Source: Pocillopora damicornis
Taxonomy: Eukaryota
Length of the DNA: 64,000 nucleotides
Assembly (NCBI RefSeq): GCF_003704095.1
Contig: NW_020846942.1
Span: 1,364,001 to 1,428,000 of the forward strand
Direction: 5' to 3'
Positions 51,179 through 64,000 of this stretch are shown piece after piece; position 1 is the stretch's first letter, and every line of letters begins with the position of its first letter. The notes beneath the pieces were generated by a model. That model was not told where the DNA came from. It saw only the letters and a list, made by a program, of their open reading frames with translations, and did no database searches. The translations under genes and the position numbers were made by a program.

Positions 51179-51559
51179 AAATAAAAGGAGATAAGGTAAT
51201 GGTATAGAAGAATAAAAAAAACTTGAATTTTTTATTTAAAATCATCATATCAACGAAATCAGGTGGTTATAATTAGCCATTCTAGATTTTCCTTTTGAAG
51301 ATTTATCATGCAAAGTGATCACCTTTCCATTATCTGACACGAATGAGTCTATTGGAGGAAGAGTTTATGATAAAACAATCTAAATATCCCATTTGAGTAC
51401 CGTGAACCATCTAATTTATAGGGCTTCAACGACTTGGAGATGACGGAATTACATCAAAACTGGGACATGATAAAGTTTCATTAGTGGATGAGTTTCTTTT
51501 CGATGCCGAGTGTTTCTGTTATTTCAATCTCAGGATGCGTTCCATCCGGCTTTCCTATG

Positions 51560-52360
51560 CGAGAAATCTCTCTAAAAGCTTGCATTATGTTTTGAGTGCA
51601 CTAAGAGTAAATTATCGGATTTGAAAAAGAACCTAGTGGGGCAAGTTCTATACTGCAAATGATTAAAACACTTACATGTCGAGTTTCTAGGTTGTTTGGA
51701 ATAGCTGCTAGTATAAAAAGGTATAATGACTGGTTAATAAGTCAATATAAACGTCTCCAAGATCATTGCTTTTTTTCTTTTATCCTTTTAGCTTCCTTGT
51801 AAAAAGCATGTTCTTCTTCGAAGCGTTTTATCTGTCGCCATGTTTCTGAGTAAATATGGCCATTACAGTAAGAGATGAAAACAATACAGATCAGAAAGAA
51901 AACAGCAGTCCCGATAGAAACTAGCGTCCAAAACAGGTCGTATACTTTAGTTTCGCCGTGTAAGATAGCTAAGATGATCTCATGAACTATAAAAACTGTT
52001 GTAATTTCCAGGCTGAAAATAAAGCTCTCCTGATTCGCCGTTTTGGACAATTTTCTGTCACCTTAAGGGATCCTTTATCTTAATGTAGCGATCGATGATG
52101 ATAAGTACGAGGTGTGTCAATATTAAAAGACGCTGTCCAACAAAAGGGACAACGGAAGCTGTTTCAAGTATATAAAATGGCCCTATGCTGAAGGTGAGCT
52201 GGCTCTCTTAACGTTAGAAGCGATTCCAAAGGGATGAACAACCAGTCCTGTCAACAAATCAGCCCCCGCCAAGCAGGCTAGAAGTATGTTTGACTCGATT
52301 CCCGAGTAAAGCTCCCAAAAATGGGACCTTGAAAATAATATGCTATATTGACAATGTTGA
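51560..52360 (-). pseudogene. Degenerate intronless class A GPCR
   Basis: Colinear fragments SNILLACLAGADLLTGLVVHP (TM2), HLVLIIIDRY (TM3), a TM5-like segment followed by ETWRQIKR, and SNPIIY (TM7), interrupted by stops and frameshifts. Confidence 0.8.
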
Positions 52361-53233
52361 AAATTTAACAAATTTGTTTTAAATTTGATTTAACTGCTAA
52401 TTTTAAATCGATGTTATGGTCTGGGCTGTGGGATGATATCTTTTCAAGGAACCCAAGGGAACCAAATGCTGAACCGTATTTGCGTCTCAGTCGTGGCGAA
52501 TAATTTTCAAGCGAACACCCATGATATGCAATTTTATTCAGATTGAAAAATCTTAATCTCCCATTTACCACTAATCACCATATTAACATAGTTTCTCCAA
52601 TTTGAGATGGCGAATCGACGATAAAACCGATTCTTGATCCACGGCAGTCTGCTGCGGACAATCTTCATCAGAAGATGACTGAATCTCTGTTTGATATCGT
52701 CGTATTTCTATCATATCAGTCCTTCGCTAATTATTTTTCAGTTTTCCTACTGTTTTAGGCAAGTAGGCAAAGCGTGAATTATCAGTTGTGAAAATGAAGA
52801 GAACGTAGTAAGGCGAATCCTACGATCCAACTCTTGAAGATTAGATACGTAATCATAAGCAAGTATGGCAATAGTTATATCCCTGAGGTAATTGCTGGTG
52901 TCTTTGTTTCCTTAGGATCTTTCGTTATCCTTTAAGCTTTCTCGCTTTAAATCTGCTCGACTTCGAAGCATTTTTTCTGATGCCTCATTTACGACGAGAT
53001 GCAGTCATAACATTACAAGACGGTAGCAGTAGTTCCAGCAGATCGGAATGAAAGTAACAATTGAAATACCACTAAGCGTTGTATGAAATGGATACAGTTT
53101 TCTTCGCCATCCGCCGTTGCCAAATTAAAAAACTGTTCAAATTACTGGTCAAAAACAAAACTTTACTGATTCCCGGTGAAACGACGATTTCCAGGAACTT
53201 CAAGGGATCCTTGATATAGACTTTCATAGATGT

Positions 53234-54310
53234 TCAACACGCACTCTCGTAAAGATGCTCCCGACATTCTGTGATAGAGCTACCAACTTCCCTCGACGTT
53301 TGCTGACCGCGTAAATCGGTAAGAGGAATTGCTGACCCTCGGAGTCTGCTGAATTCAAACTTAAAAGCCTGAAAGAAGTCCCTTTTCATGAAGGTGTAGA
53401 GTAATGGATTGGCTACAGATGTCGCATATCTGATGATCAGTGACACTTGAGAAGGTACAACCAATTTAGAAGAGTCAATGGCCGAAAGCTGGTGCAATAA
53501 AAACAAGACAAACCAGGGGAACCAACATATCAGGTATACAGACGCCATCATGGCGAAGAGTGCCAAAGACTTGCCTTCAGAACTTGACCGGTTACGTAAG
53601 CTTGTTGAACGTCGAATTATAAGCACCCCGCCACCCTTTTTCCGATGTAGACTCTTCGATCTTCTATTGATACCTTTGAACATATCAATGAATGCATAGA
53701 CCAAGAAGATGTAAGGTAAAATTAAAGCAAACACAATACAGAATATCGAAAACGAGAGTGCGTATCTTGAAGATTCTGGTTTAAGTACTGGATGTATTTT
53801 ACTGATCCATGTGAAAGGGAGAAAAGATACAACAAGCGAGGAAAGCCAAACAATTATTAAAACTGTCAAAATGCTTTTCTTGTGAAGTACTCGATGTTTA
53901 AATGGAGCCTTGATTGCCAAATAACGCTCTCCTGTCACAACAACGATGTGATACACAGTAGCAATGGCCACAAAGTTATGAAGGACAGTCAAAACAAATC
54001 CAAGATAAAACCTAATCGATCCACTGGGTTGTATCAACGGCGTGAAAACTAGGAATGCGAAAAGTGGAATGATTATAAAACCACAGAAGAAGTCGCAAAC
54101 AGCCAAGCTGAAGAGTGGATAATTTGAAGTGGTTCGCAGAGTTTTCCTCTTAAAGAAGAGATAAAACACTGAGCTGTTGATAACAACGATGGCCATCGCA
54201 AGAGAGAACAGTACTGCAACCTCAACTTTTTTTGTCTCTTTATATAGACTTGTTAGCCTTGTGGAATTTTCCGTCTCGTTGGAATATGACTCGTGCTGCA
54301 TGGTGTTCAT
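53234..54310 (-). CDS. Intronless class A GPCR (orphan)
   Basis: First ATG at 54310, N-glycosylation sequons in the N-terminus, SLAVCD, TGERY, CWFPW and NPLLY. Confidence 0.9.
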   Translation of the reverse strand: MNTMQHESYSNETENSTRLTSLYKETKKVEVAVLFSLAMAIVVINSSVFYLFFKRKTLRTTSNYPLFSLAVCDFFCGFIIIPLFAFLVFTPLIQPSGSIRFYLGFVLTVLHNFVAIATVYHIVVVTGERYLAIKAPFKHRVLHKKSILTVLIIVWLSSLVVSFLPFTWISKIHPVLKPESSRYALSFSIFCIVFALILPYIFLVYAFIDMFKGINRRSKSLHRKKGGGVLIIRRSTSLRNRSSSEGKSLALFAMMASVYLICWFPWFVLFLLHQLSAIDSSKLVVPSQVSLIIRYATSVANPLLYTFMKRDFFQAFKFEFSRLRGSAIPLTDLRGQQTSREVGSSITECREHLYESAC

Positions 54311-55734
54311 TGCTTTGGCAGCAGGAGACAATAAATAGTGGTATTGCTAAACGAACTTCAATTCTTATTACAGAAAAATTAGTTGTCGGCGTCCTTCTGG
54401 ATTCATCTTGCCGCTTGGAAAAAGAGTCAGCGATGGAAACAGCCGTCTGAAACACAAACTTTTATCATTTAATTTGCCTAAAATGATAACACTTTTCAAA
54501 CTGAGTAATCATGCTGCATATTTAAATTTGATTAGTATCTATTAAGAACATCTACTCCATTACGTTTTTACTTCGTATATTTTGCTGAGTTGAGGTTCTT
54601 ATTGGTAATACCCAGAAAATAACCTACTTATGATTTTTTTCCCGTTTTCTTTACACTATTTTGTTGGTGTTGGTCAGTGTTGGCTGAGGTTCAGTAGTCT
54701 CATTTAATTCCTTCATCAATTTGCGCTTACAATTAACAGCTTCATCTCCACATGTAGGCAGGTGAGTTAGCTCAAGGTGGCTTTCGGTGTACACAATGTT
54801 GAACATTTTCCATAACTCATACTAAATGTCCAATTAAGGTTATGGATGTACTCGGCACTCCGGTAATCAGTGCAAAATGCGGCACGACTTAGGGTTCGAC
54901 CAGACAAAAGCATCTTCAAAAGTGTCCATTTCCGTCTCAGGCAAAATTAATCAAAATATTATCAACCACATTAACAATTTCATCTTGCTCTAGACTCCCC
55001 ACATTAATACGTTAACATTTAAAAACGCGCATATTTTCATGCAATTTCGTCTATACTGAATCCACACAAAACACCCGAAAACGCAGACTGAGGCTGCTGT
55101 ACTTGAAGTCTTTTTCGTCAACGTTTTCAAAATCCTCGTTTCCATTTGTTCACAAAAGAAAATGGTTTTCAAAAAGATGCTTTTTTACATCAGATCACTT
55201 TTGTAACTGTTGACGAAAGGCTTTGTTTTCGGGTGTTTCAGTCTAAGTGAGGGCCAAAAACAAATCTGAAAGTATGCCTTTCCGGACGAAAACGCATCAA
55301 TTTAGATATAGATTACGATAAAACCCTCCTTTTCTGCGAAATTCGTCGCACGAGTTTAAAAAAAAATCAGAAACAAAAAATTGTTAGCGCGCCGTAAAGA
55401 ACTTTGTGAGTGATACCTTACTCCCAGTGTTTGCTCGGCGCACTAGTCACCATTTGGTTTTTTCGCTAATTTTTTTTTTGGACTCCACGACGGCCTTCGC
55501 TGAAAAAGAGGGAGTGCTCGCAGTCCAGTTTAGATAGGGCGTCCGTCCTTTCCCCAAGGAAACGTTAAGCCACAGTATTTCTTATGATCGTGTAAATTCC
55601 AGTGATTTCATTCTGAGAGATTAAATTGTATATCTCTTCATATCTATTTTAGCAAAATCGTCGCTGGATCCGATTAGGAATTTTAAAAAAAGGTAATCTT
55701 TCCAAGAATGTAGTCATATAAAATCTGTGAATAT

Positions 55735-56050
55735 TATGTATTTGAACGGCGGATTAACAAAAGAAGACGAGAGTGATCTTCGCGGTGATGAGCACTACGT
55801 AAGCGGTAGTGAGAACAATGCCCTACAAAAATATAGGCTTGTGCGGGAGTTGAACCCATGACCTCTGTAATATCGGTGCAGTGCTCTACGAACTGAGCTA
55901 ACAAGCCAACTTGGAGCTGGTCATTTTGTTGGTTCGCAATAAACCCGTGTTTAGGGATGAATGAACGACTGTAATATTTTTTTGGATGTAGCATATTGAA
56001 ACTGCGGATTAATAAATGAATATGAGAGTGATCTTCGCACTAATGAACTT
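55735..56050 (-). mobile_element. tRNA-related SINE-like repeat (related degenerate copies near 15640-15850 and 46200-46370)
   Basis: The minus strand has an A-box-like TAGCTCAGTTCGTAGAGC and a B-box-like GGGTTCAACTCC, and the unit partially repeats at ~55990. Confidence 0.65.
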
Positions 56051-58321
56051 GGATTGTTGGGAACCAACATGGTGTTCCACGGTTCAAAGCAGCAAGGAAA
56101 GGAGATCTTTCTCTGGGCCACAGGAGGGTCATCAACAATTATTTTCGTTGTTTCGTTTCGTTAACGATACCAAAATCCAGGTAACAATTGTCTTATACCA
56201 ACTCACCATACGAATAACAATTATCAAACAGTTCTAGGAAAACTATGTTACCGGGATATCCTTGTCTTTGTTTGCATGGAATCCCTTTTCGCAGGCTTTC
56301 TGAGTGAAGCGTGTCGATAAATCAATCATAAATTAATGATTCTAAAGATAAGTTAGTGAAAAACGACAATTAGATCGCGGCTAAAAAAGTTTCATGAACA
56401 ACCGCCCAGGTGAGTTGAGAAGCTGTTTCTTAAACCACATTAATTATGTTATTCTTAAATTGTATGGCCACGTATAATCGAAAGTTCGGTTGTGGCATCA
56501 ATGGAAAACATCTATCGTAAATGAAACACTATATATATATTTATTTATATGGCGTTATTAGGAATTACATGTAAACATCCCCGACTTACATTTCTTATCG
56601 CTTAAAATTAGGCAAAACTATTCTTGCAATGAAAAAACTTCAATTATAATAATATGTTTTGAAGTGCCATCCGGTAAGATTGTGAAGATTGTGAAGAGCC
56701 AATGAGACAATATTTGGGCAGCCTTGACATTTTTTCCCAAGAACAATAATTAAAAATATTGCCACAAAAATTAAGCTTGTAAAGAATGGAAGCCACCAGC
56801 TTTGGCAAGAAACCATCTGGCAAAAAATTGTCTTAACCTGAATAGTAATAGGCCATGTCATAATGGAATCCATTATTTAATCAACGCAAAGGAAACGAGT
56901 ATTCGTACTCAAACACGTACATTTTAAGAAAGTTGTTCTCTCAACCCGAGTCCCACGATCGTTTTACTAAACTGAAAGTCCCTGAAACTTATTAAAAAGA
57001 ACATAGCAATGCTTGTTTATGTCTGCTGAAATTCTGCAACAAAATGGTTCTTGCCAAAATAAAATGAGAACGTGGAAACGGGACTTTGGCTTACGGTCGC
57101 CATTTGAGAATCCTAGAGAGTTTGGCTTGTTTTTCCTCTCTCCCCTGTTGTTGTTTTTGTTAATACCTTTTCAGATGGTATCTAAAGCAACGTGTACCCA
57201 TTGTTAAGTAAAATTACGCTCGAAGCAATCTTAAATTTGGCCAAACGTTTTATCTGAGTGTTAATTTTTGTGACCAGTTAAGGTGGTTTACAGCTTACAC
57301 AAAACATTATAATTTTTTACTTCAAACAAGCCACTTGTGAAGAACTGGCGTTGTCTATTATTTTTTTTAAACCACAGCCTATGTTGGATTTCGGTAAGTT
57401 AGACTGTTTTACGGCCCCCAGTGTTTATTTTGACCTCGAACCTTAGATCTCCCGCGCAGTACAACGCAATTGAATTAACCAAGTGATAGTTTCATGTCTA
57501 AAATCAGGTAATGAGCGATTTTTACGGCCAATACGAAAGACTGAAACTAAGGCTAATTTTTCGTTAAAAAAAAATAATCGAAAAGATGTGGAAGCAGTCC
57601 CAATAAATTATTTACGTCATGTAACACTGATATTTTGAATTTAAATCACCCTTCACATAAAATTCATATTTTTGGAATATTGCGACCCATAATATGCTAG
57701 TTAGCGTTCAGTCACCATAATGTTTTTTTTCACAACAAGTTTTTCCAGGGACTACCCTCGGCTCAGGTGTGTCGCTTAAACAACTTTTAATAGTAGATCG
57801 GTTGTGGTAATTTTTTTTTTCGAGATCTCCTTATGTAAGTGTCGGTTTTCGACTTATTAATTCCTTGTGGGGAAAAAGGGAAAAAAAACTCATTTGCTAA
57901 AGGCTGTCTTGGGTCCCAGTCGTCAAAAATTCCTTATCTCAGATAAAGGTAATTTGAATACAAGGTTTTGTACGAAAGAAAACTTGTTTTTATCATGATT
58001 ATTACAGCTTTGAAGTCCTTTGAAAACGGTCTTCACAAGGGCAAGTTTAGCTCTGTCAGACCTTTGCCCCAAACATTATCAGATTATTGCTTTATACAGG
58101 TACTTGTTGATGTTATTGTTGTTCACAACTTTAATTGGCGAGCGAGTTTTAGGTTAATGAACAAATTATAAGAACGCTTACCTTTTCAATCAGTTCAAAT
58201 GTGGTCTCGTTCTTTGCCTTAAAGAAATGTATTGCCAGAACGGATGAGTAATGCCCTATGGCATAAAATGAAAAGAAAATTCATATGAATAATTTAACAC
58301 TCAGAGAGCGGAGTTGGCTTA

Positions 58322-58697
58322 AGCCCAGTTCAAACGTCGAACTTCAAATGAGACGAACTAACTTACGATTTTGGTCGGCCCCAACGGGCAAAGTTCGACC
58401 GTTGGATCAAACGTCGAACATAAATCGTCGAACCAAGTTCAGAACAGCAAAAACGAATCTTTAGGTCAGCGGGATTTCACATAAAGCATTTGTAATTTAT
58501 TCATTAGGTTCGATTCATGAACAGATTGACGGTTGTCCCACAGATGTGATCTTTACGTGTTCTATCCGTCCGAAGCAGACAGACAGAACGTATTGGTCGA
58601 TCCAAATTCAGTTGGACGAACTCTACTGAATCAAACGTGAACCTAATTCTCTCAGTTTAGTGCGTGTCATGTGAAGTTTGACGTTTGAACTGAGCCT
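58322..58697. mobile_element. MITE with ~25-40 bp TIRs
   Basis: AGCCCAGTTCAAACGTCGAACTTCA / TGAAGTTTGACGTTTGAACTGAGCCT. Confidence 0.75.
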
Positions 58698-60002
58698 GTA
58701 TGGCAGAGGAAACTAATCCAAGTGAAACAGTGAAACGTCAAGTACGTCACAAAGATGCATAATTACAAGAAAAAATACGCACAAATTTTCGCAGACCAAG
58801 ACCTATGAAAATACGGTATCCGTAGCAACGCCAGTTGTTTTGTGCAAGAAGAACAAAAATTGATTACAAATAAGCTTTAAATAGATGCATAAATAACAGC
58901 TTTCCTCCGATTAAGGAGAGAGAAACATATATTTAGGGTAGAGGGCCATTTTGGGGACACTCTCATAAGGTCCTAAACTAAAGGGCAGTTTCCTTCAGGG
59001 GACCCTTTTTCATCTCCTGCGGATGTTCCTTTACTGGCGCCAAGTTTTAATGTAACGTTGAAACTCTGGCGGAAACCAGGTAACCTGGAATTTATTTCCA
59101 CAAGATCAAGCACAACGGTCGGGAAAGATTAAGAAACGGCCAAAAAATACTATGGGTAAATAAACGACACAAATGAGTAAATAAATGAATAAAAGTATAA
59201 ATACAACAACCCTTTTTCATAAATGATTTTGGGCTCTTTAATTTCCTAGTATAAAACAAAGTACTCGAGTTTATTTGTTCATTTCACATTTAATGTTTGT
59301 TCAACAGTCCACCACTGTTTTCTTTATGGTGAGCTGGCCAGTATACGGGTTTTTTTCTTATTAGACGAACATGACCATAAAAAAGGGTGAAATTACTGAG
59401 AAAGTAATTTTACAGCAAATTTTCTAAGTTAAGTTTGATACATTTTCCGAAAAATCCTGCTTGTCTTAAAACTAATAACCCCCCTTTCCATCATAAGCTT
59501 CAACGTGCACAGAGAGTGTAAAATTAATAAAAACCTTGCCATTTCACTGGCCAATTGAAAAAAGGGATAGGCAATTGGCAGTTGAACATTTTATAGGTCT
59601 TTTCCTCAAAGAAAAGTTTTCGACGCCGGATCGAGAGATCGACTTCCTAGTTTTAAATAAACACATTCAACTTAGGAAATGTTTCGACTTTTTGCGTTTC
59701 CAGTTGCGGTGTGTTTGTTCAGGTGGCAGCTGCAAGCGCTCTCTTTTCATTTGTAAATTAATTTTGAGACTACGAAGCTTTCCTCTTGTTTATTCAAACA
59801 TATATTACAAGGACGAATTTCATCCAATTCGGTTATAACTTATATTCAAACGAGGTGAATCCAGAACAGAATCATTTTGTTCGAACCGTCAAAGTTCTTT
59901 TGTCTCCTTTTAAACTATTAAACCGAGAGGCCACTACAAGACGTAAATATTTGGTTTCTTTCCGACGAATTTTCATCGTAAATATAAGCTTCCATCATCG
60001 AC

Positions 60003-61001
60003 ATGGAAAATGTAACCTCGTTAAACGAACACAATGCGGCCTCTCCAGCAGCTACGCTTCAATTAACCTGCATGTTTAAGTTTGTAGTATTGCAAACTGG
60101 TTCCTCGTTTTTAGATCTTCCCACATCGATTGTCAGTATTGTATCTGCCATCCTTGCAATCATGGGGAACACTTTAATCTTGATATCTTTGTTTAGGACA
60201 GCTTCAATTGCTCCGCCTTCTAAAGTACTTCTGGGTAGTCTGGCCTTAACAGATCTAGGTGTGGGGCTGCTCGCGCAACCATTGTACATCGTGAAGAGTC
60301 TCTCCTCCGACAAAGACACAAAATGTTTCCTTGGTTTACTCTTCGATCTGTTTTCTGGTCATCTCTCGATCACTTCCTTCTTTACAATGATGTTTATTAG
60401 CGTCGATAAGTTCCTGGCGTTACATCTAAAGCTGCGCTATCGAATTGTTGTTACGCTCAAGCGCTCGATTCTTGTTGTCGTTCTCGTTAGACTGGTTGCC
60501 TTGCCATGGTCTCTATCATACATCTGGTTTTCTGAAGTTTACTTCATGTTAATATTATCGATTATGCCATGGTGTTTATTGATCTCCTCCCTTGCCTTTA
60601 TCAAAATCCATCGTATCCTTCGACGACAGAAAAGGACATATCAAAACGAAACGCAGCTGGAATCTGTGCGTCGAGCCAACATCCTTAAAATATCCAGATT
60701 CAAGAAATCAGTCAACAGCATGTTATTCGTTTTCTGTGCGCTGTTGATTGCATACGTTCCCGCGTGGATGGTGATTTTATTACGAACCATCTACGGCAAT
60801 ACCGAGATTTTGAAAATGGCCACGAAATTGACAATGACTCTTATACTTATGAACTCCGCCTGCAATCCCATCTTATACCTGTGGAGGATGGAAGATCTGC
60901 GTGTCGCTGCTTTAGAAGCACTCGAGGGTTTAATCCCAAAATCACATTTTAGGAGCACATCGACAAATGCTATCGAGAGTTTTGAGTTACAAGTTGATTG
61001 A
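60003..61001 (+). CDS. Intronless class A GPCR (adenosine/melanocortin-like orphan type)
   Basis: GN, SLALTDLGVGLLAQP, ISVDKF (DRY variant), AYVP and NSACNPILY. Confidence 0.9.
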   Translation: MENVTSLNEHNAASPAATLQLTCMFKFVVLQTGSSFLDLPTSIVSIVSAILAIMGNTLILISLFRTASIAPPSKVLLGSLALTDLGVGLLAQPLYIVKSLSSDKDTKCFLGLLFDLFSGHLSITSFFTMMFISVDKFLALHLKLRYRIVVTLKRSILVVVLVRLVALPWSLSYIWFSEVYFMLILSIMPWCLLISSLAFIKIHRILRRQKRTYQNETQLESVRRANILKISRFKKSVNSMLFVFCALLIAYVPAWMVILLRTIYGNTEILKMATKLTMTLILMNSACNPILYLWRMEDLRVAALEALEGLIPKSHFRSTSTNAIESFELQVD

Positions 61002-62004
61002 TTATTAGAAAAATGGTTAACAACGAGTAAGCTGCTCACAACTAATTACTCCTCTTTTATTATAACTAACAAGATTCAACTCAATTACCAGTTTGAACAA
61101 TCTTCTTAAATCATCTCTTGACGAAAAAACAAACGTCAGAGATTAGTGTTACGATAACTGATAACTGGTTGTGTAACAATAACTGATGCTTAATTGCGTT
61201 AGTCCCCCTAAGTTTGGTTTCCGCCGGTTTTCTTGAGTCTCTTCTTCGATCCTTCCGAGAAGGAACGATACGAAGGAAAACGCGGGCTCATTTCCAGAAC
61301 AGCGGTTGGTAATCAAGCCTGCCCTTGCCACCTTCTCATACGAACACTCTGAAGGATTCTGGAAACCAAACTAAGTTGAAGAGGTTCTTAAAACTGTCTT
61401 ATATGGAAGGTTCCGCGAGAGCCTCCACACATTAGCTTGTCGAACAGCACCAAATTCGCTACTCGCCTTCGCAACGTGTGAAAAAAGCTTTAATTTTAAA
61501 AAATGTGTGAATAATTTTCCGTCAGGTTTTATTTTCTGAAAATACGCATAATTTGCTGATATCACGTAGTTGTATTGCAAAGAATAAGGATATGTAAAGC
61601 CTAGAAGAGGACTCACAGCGCGAGAGATCTTCTTACTTTCGCAACCTGGTTAACTGATACAAATCGCAGCTGGATTCACTTCTTGTTAAGATGAGTGGTT
61701 AGCAGTTGGCAAATATACAGAGCACGTAATGTTATTATGCAAATGATTTGCGCAAATGGACTTATTGGTTTGTTAATAAGTTTAAGCGACAAAAAGCCGT
61801 CTGAAAAATGTATGTGATCGAACTTACCGGTGATTCAGTAGAGGCGATAAAAAAGATGCGCAAGTCGGATAAATATTATTTTTTCGAACTTTTAGTTTGT
61901 TATATAGAAACAGACATCTTTTTAAAGAAACGTCAATTACTTAAAATTTAATTTCGACGACTCACGTGTTTCAATAAAATTATCTCTGAATATGCGTTTC
62001 ATCT

Positions 62005-63740
62005 CTACCAAAAATGAGGGAACAGATGAGACAATTCGGGATATTTACGTCCACTTCAGTTAATAGCCAATTTGCAACCAAACTCCCAAAGACGTGTTGA
62101 TCAAGATTCTTTCATCAAAGTGACGAGAAAAAGTGTATTTACTCGTCGAGCTGTCAATAAACCATTCAAAATATGCCATTTTGAAATACACCGCAGATAG
62201 AGCCGATAAAAAAACCAATCAAACTCGAAGTGGCCGTAAAATTCCTTTATGATTTCAAAGTGACGTTGCTCCGAACATCAGATAACCAAAATTTGTCACT
62301 ATTTCATTAACGACTGTTCAATTTTTTCAAGAATTGCGATCACGTATCGAAAATTGCGGCTTTTTTGTAGCATTTCATTTTTGAAAATAGCTACCCTCTT
62401 TGCGAAATCATAGGGAAATCAGTATGCCTTTTTAACCTTTTCCGTTAAAATCGATACAAACATGGAAATATATATACCTTAAACTACAATTTGGTCGAAA
62501 GTGATCAGTTTCTGAGGGAGCTGAGTGGTAGGCAGGAAAGTGAAACACCAGGACATTAATATCAAAGAAAATTGATACTGAAACCAAAATAAATGAACCT
62601 GTGAGGCGGATTTCGAATAGATGAATTCCCTGTGCGAGCAAACTTATATACTTATTCAGCTTCTGTCTTTTAAACTAATTCAGCTTCTTTATGTTTATGT
62701 AATCATAGTGGAGTTGAAACGTTGTTTGGTCTTCGTTTTGCGTATTACACAAAGGAAATCGGATGTAAAAACTGATCTCTCAACTGTGACTTTAAAAATG
62801 AAAATTAGATTTTGATATTATGAAATTGAACCATTCAACAAAGTTCGATCAGTCTAACCTTGCGCCAGAAGCTGTATTGTGCTCTAGAAAGAGTGTTTTC
62901 TTCTTCTTGTCTGTCAGTGTTTTGCATTTGGCTCAAAGAACAGAAGAGACGTCATCTCATCTCACTGAGCCAATTTCAATGTCAAAATTACCATAGATGT
63001 ATCTACGACAGAGGGACTGACAGGTTTGTAGAGTTTTCAAGATCTCTTCATGTAGAATCCGGCTATTAAAACTTTTGTTCTGACCCTGGAGTAGAGTGAA
63101 TTACATACGAAGCAAAAAAAATAGCACTATACATGACAATACGTCAAAATAACGATTTTGGCCTGGAAATCTATAAATTGTAAATTCAAGGTTTGCCTAA
63201 AGTAAACAAGAAACTAAATCAGTTACCTTGGAGTTGAAAGAGGTTTTGCAGCCCGCAAAAAGCGCCACTCAAAATTTTATCTTCGGACAGAACTCGATGA
63301 AAGAGTAGATTCTGATTATACTATTAAAATTATCTCCCACTTATTCCATTTTAGTAAAGGAAAGTTCGAGATCGTGGCACACATTAGTGTTCTGATGAAT
63401 TTTTCATGTCTGAAAAAAGATGTAATTAGCCAAAGTAATTTAAGGTAATATCTTCCAAATGAAATTCTAATCAGCTAAATTTTTCCAAGGTCACTTTCCC
63501 TATTTCAACACGTATTTCCAGGCCTTACAACGAATTTGTTCGACGAATATATCCTGATAAGCCAGAAGACGGGAGAGTCCTTGATGACTAAACTGAAAAA
63601 GGGAATTTTTCATGTTTGATTTTTTTTCCCATAAAATTTAATTATAATGTACAATTCAGATATAGATGATGTGCCATTAAGGCCACAGGAAACAGATTGC
63701 ACTTGCAGGATACAAGGATCCCACACAGAAAGAGTGTGAG
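62005..63740 (-). pseudogene. Possible heavily decayed Toll-like receptor (LRRNT-LRR-LRRCT-TM-TIR)
   Basis: Ordered motif remnants SCKCN..LNCT, ILSGAFCGLQNLFQL, LFLEHN..FVEWF, a hydrophobic segment, FSIRDRN..TVVNEIV, FEFD, LKW..HFW, with many stops and frameshifts. Confidence 0.35.
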
Positions 63741-64000
63741 AATTGATGTTTAAGTATTCGGCTATTATACNNNNNNNNNNNNNNNNNNNNNNNNNNNNNN
63801 NNNNNNNNNNNNNNNNNNNNNNNNNNNNNNNNNNNNNNNNNNNNNNNNNNNNNNNNNNNNNNNNNNNNNNTTGGGAAAACAGATTTGTTTTACAATAGTA
63901 TGGGGCTGTGCGAAAATTTTACCCCGAACATATCCGATGGCTTTAGAAGATATTGGAGACTCAGGAAACTCGACCTTACAGCGCCGTTTGCATTAGGCAT

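Noticed and set aside
55840-55910. Functional tRNA gene
   Set aside because: It has A/B-box-like motifs but no proper acceptor stem and sits inside a repeated SINE-like unit.

Overview
AT-rich, intron-containing animal DNA from a scaffolded draft assembly with seven N-gaps. Gene families and repeat types suggest an anthozoan, probably a stony coral (inference). Left to right: (1) a 5' half of tRNA-Asn fused to an inverted, degenerate copy of the 3' end of the giant coiled-coil gene found 20 kb away; (2) a minus-strand polyserase-type gene with four tandem trypsin domains, each on one phase 1-1 exon (three with intact triads, one catalytically dead), facing an inverted duplicate of its last two exons across a gap; (3) an Ig-domain receptor tyrosine kinase cut by a gap in the kinase N-lobe; (4) a ~2530 aa coiled-coil protein encoded mostly by one 7.5 kb exon; (5) four intronless class A GPCRs and one GPCR pseudogene; (6) two oppositely oriented paralogues encoding SRCR plus two WSC-like domains; (7) between them, absent from the ORF track, a small 4-exon gene predicted to encode an 85 aa secreted prepropeptide with a KKRR site and a C-terminal two-cysteine peptide, the most novel candidate here; (8) a probable decayed Toll-like receptor at the right end. 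Many MITE, SINE-like and Penelope remnants are interspersed. All gene models were assembled by eye from splice sites and reading phase, and no database searches were run.
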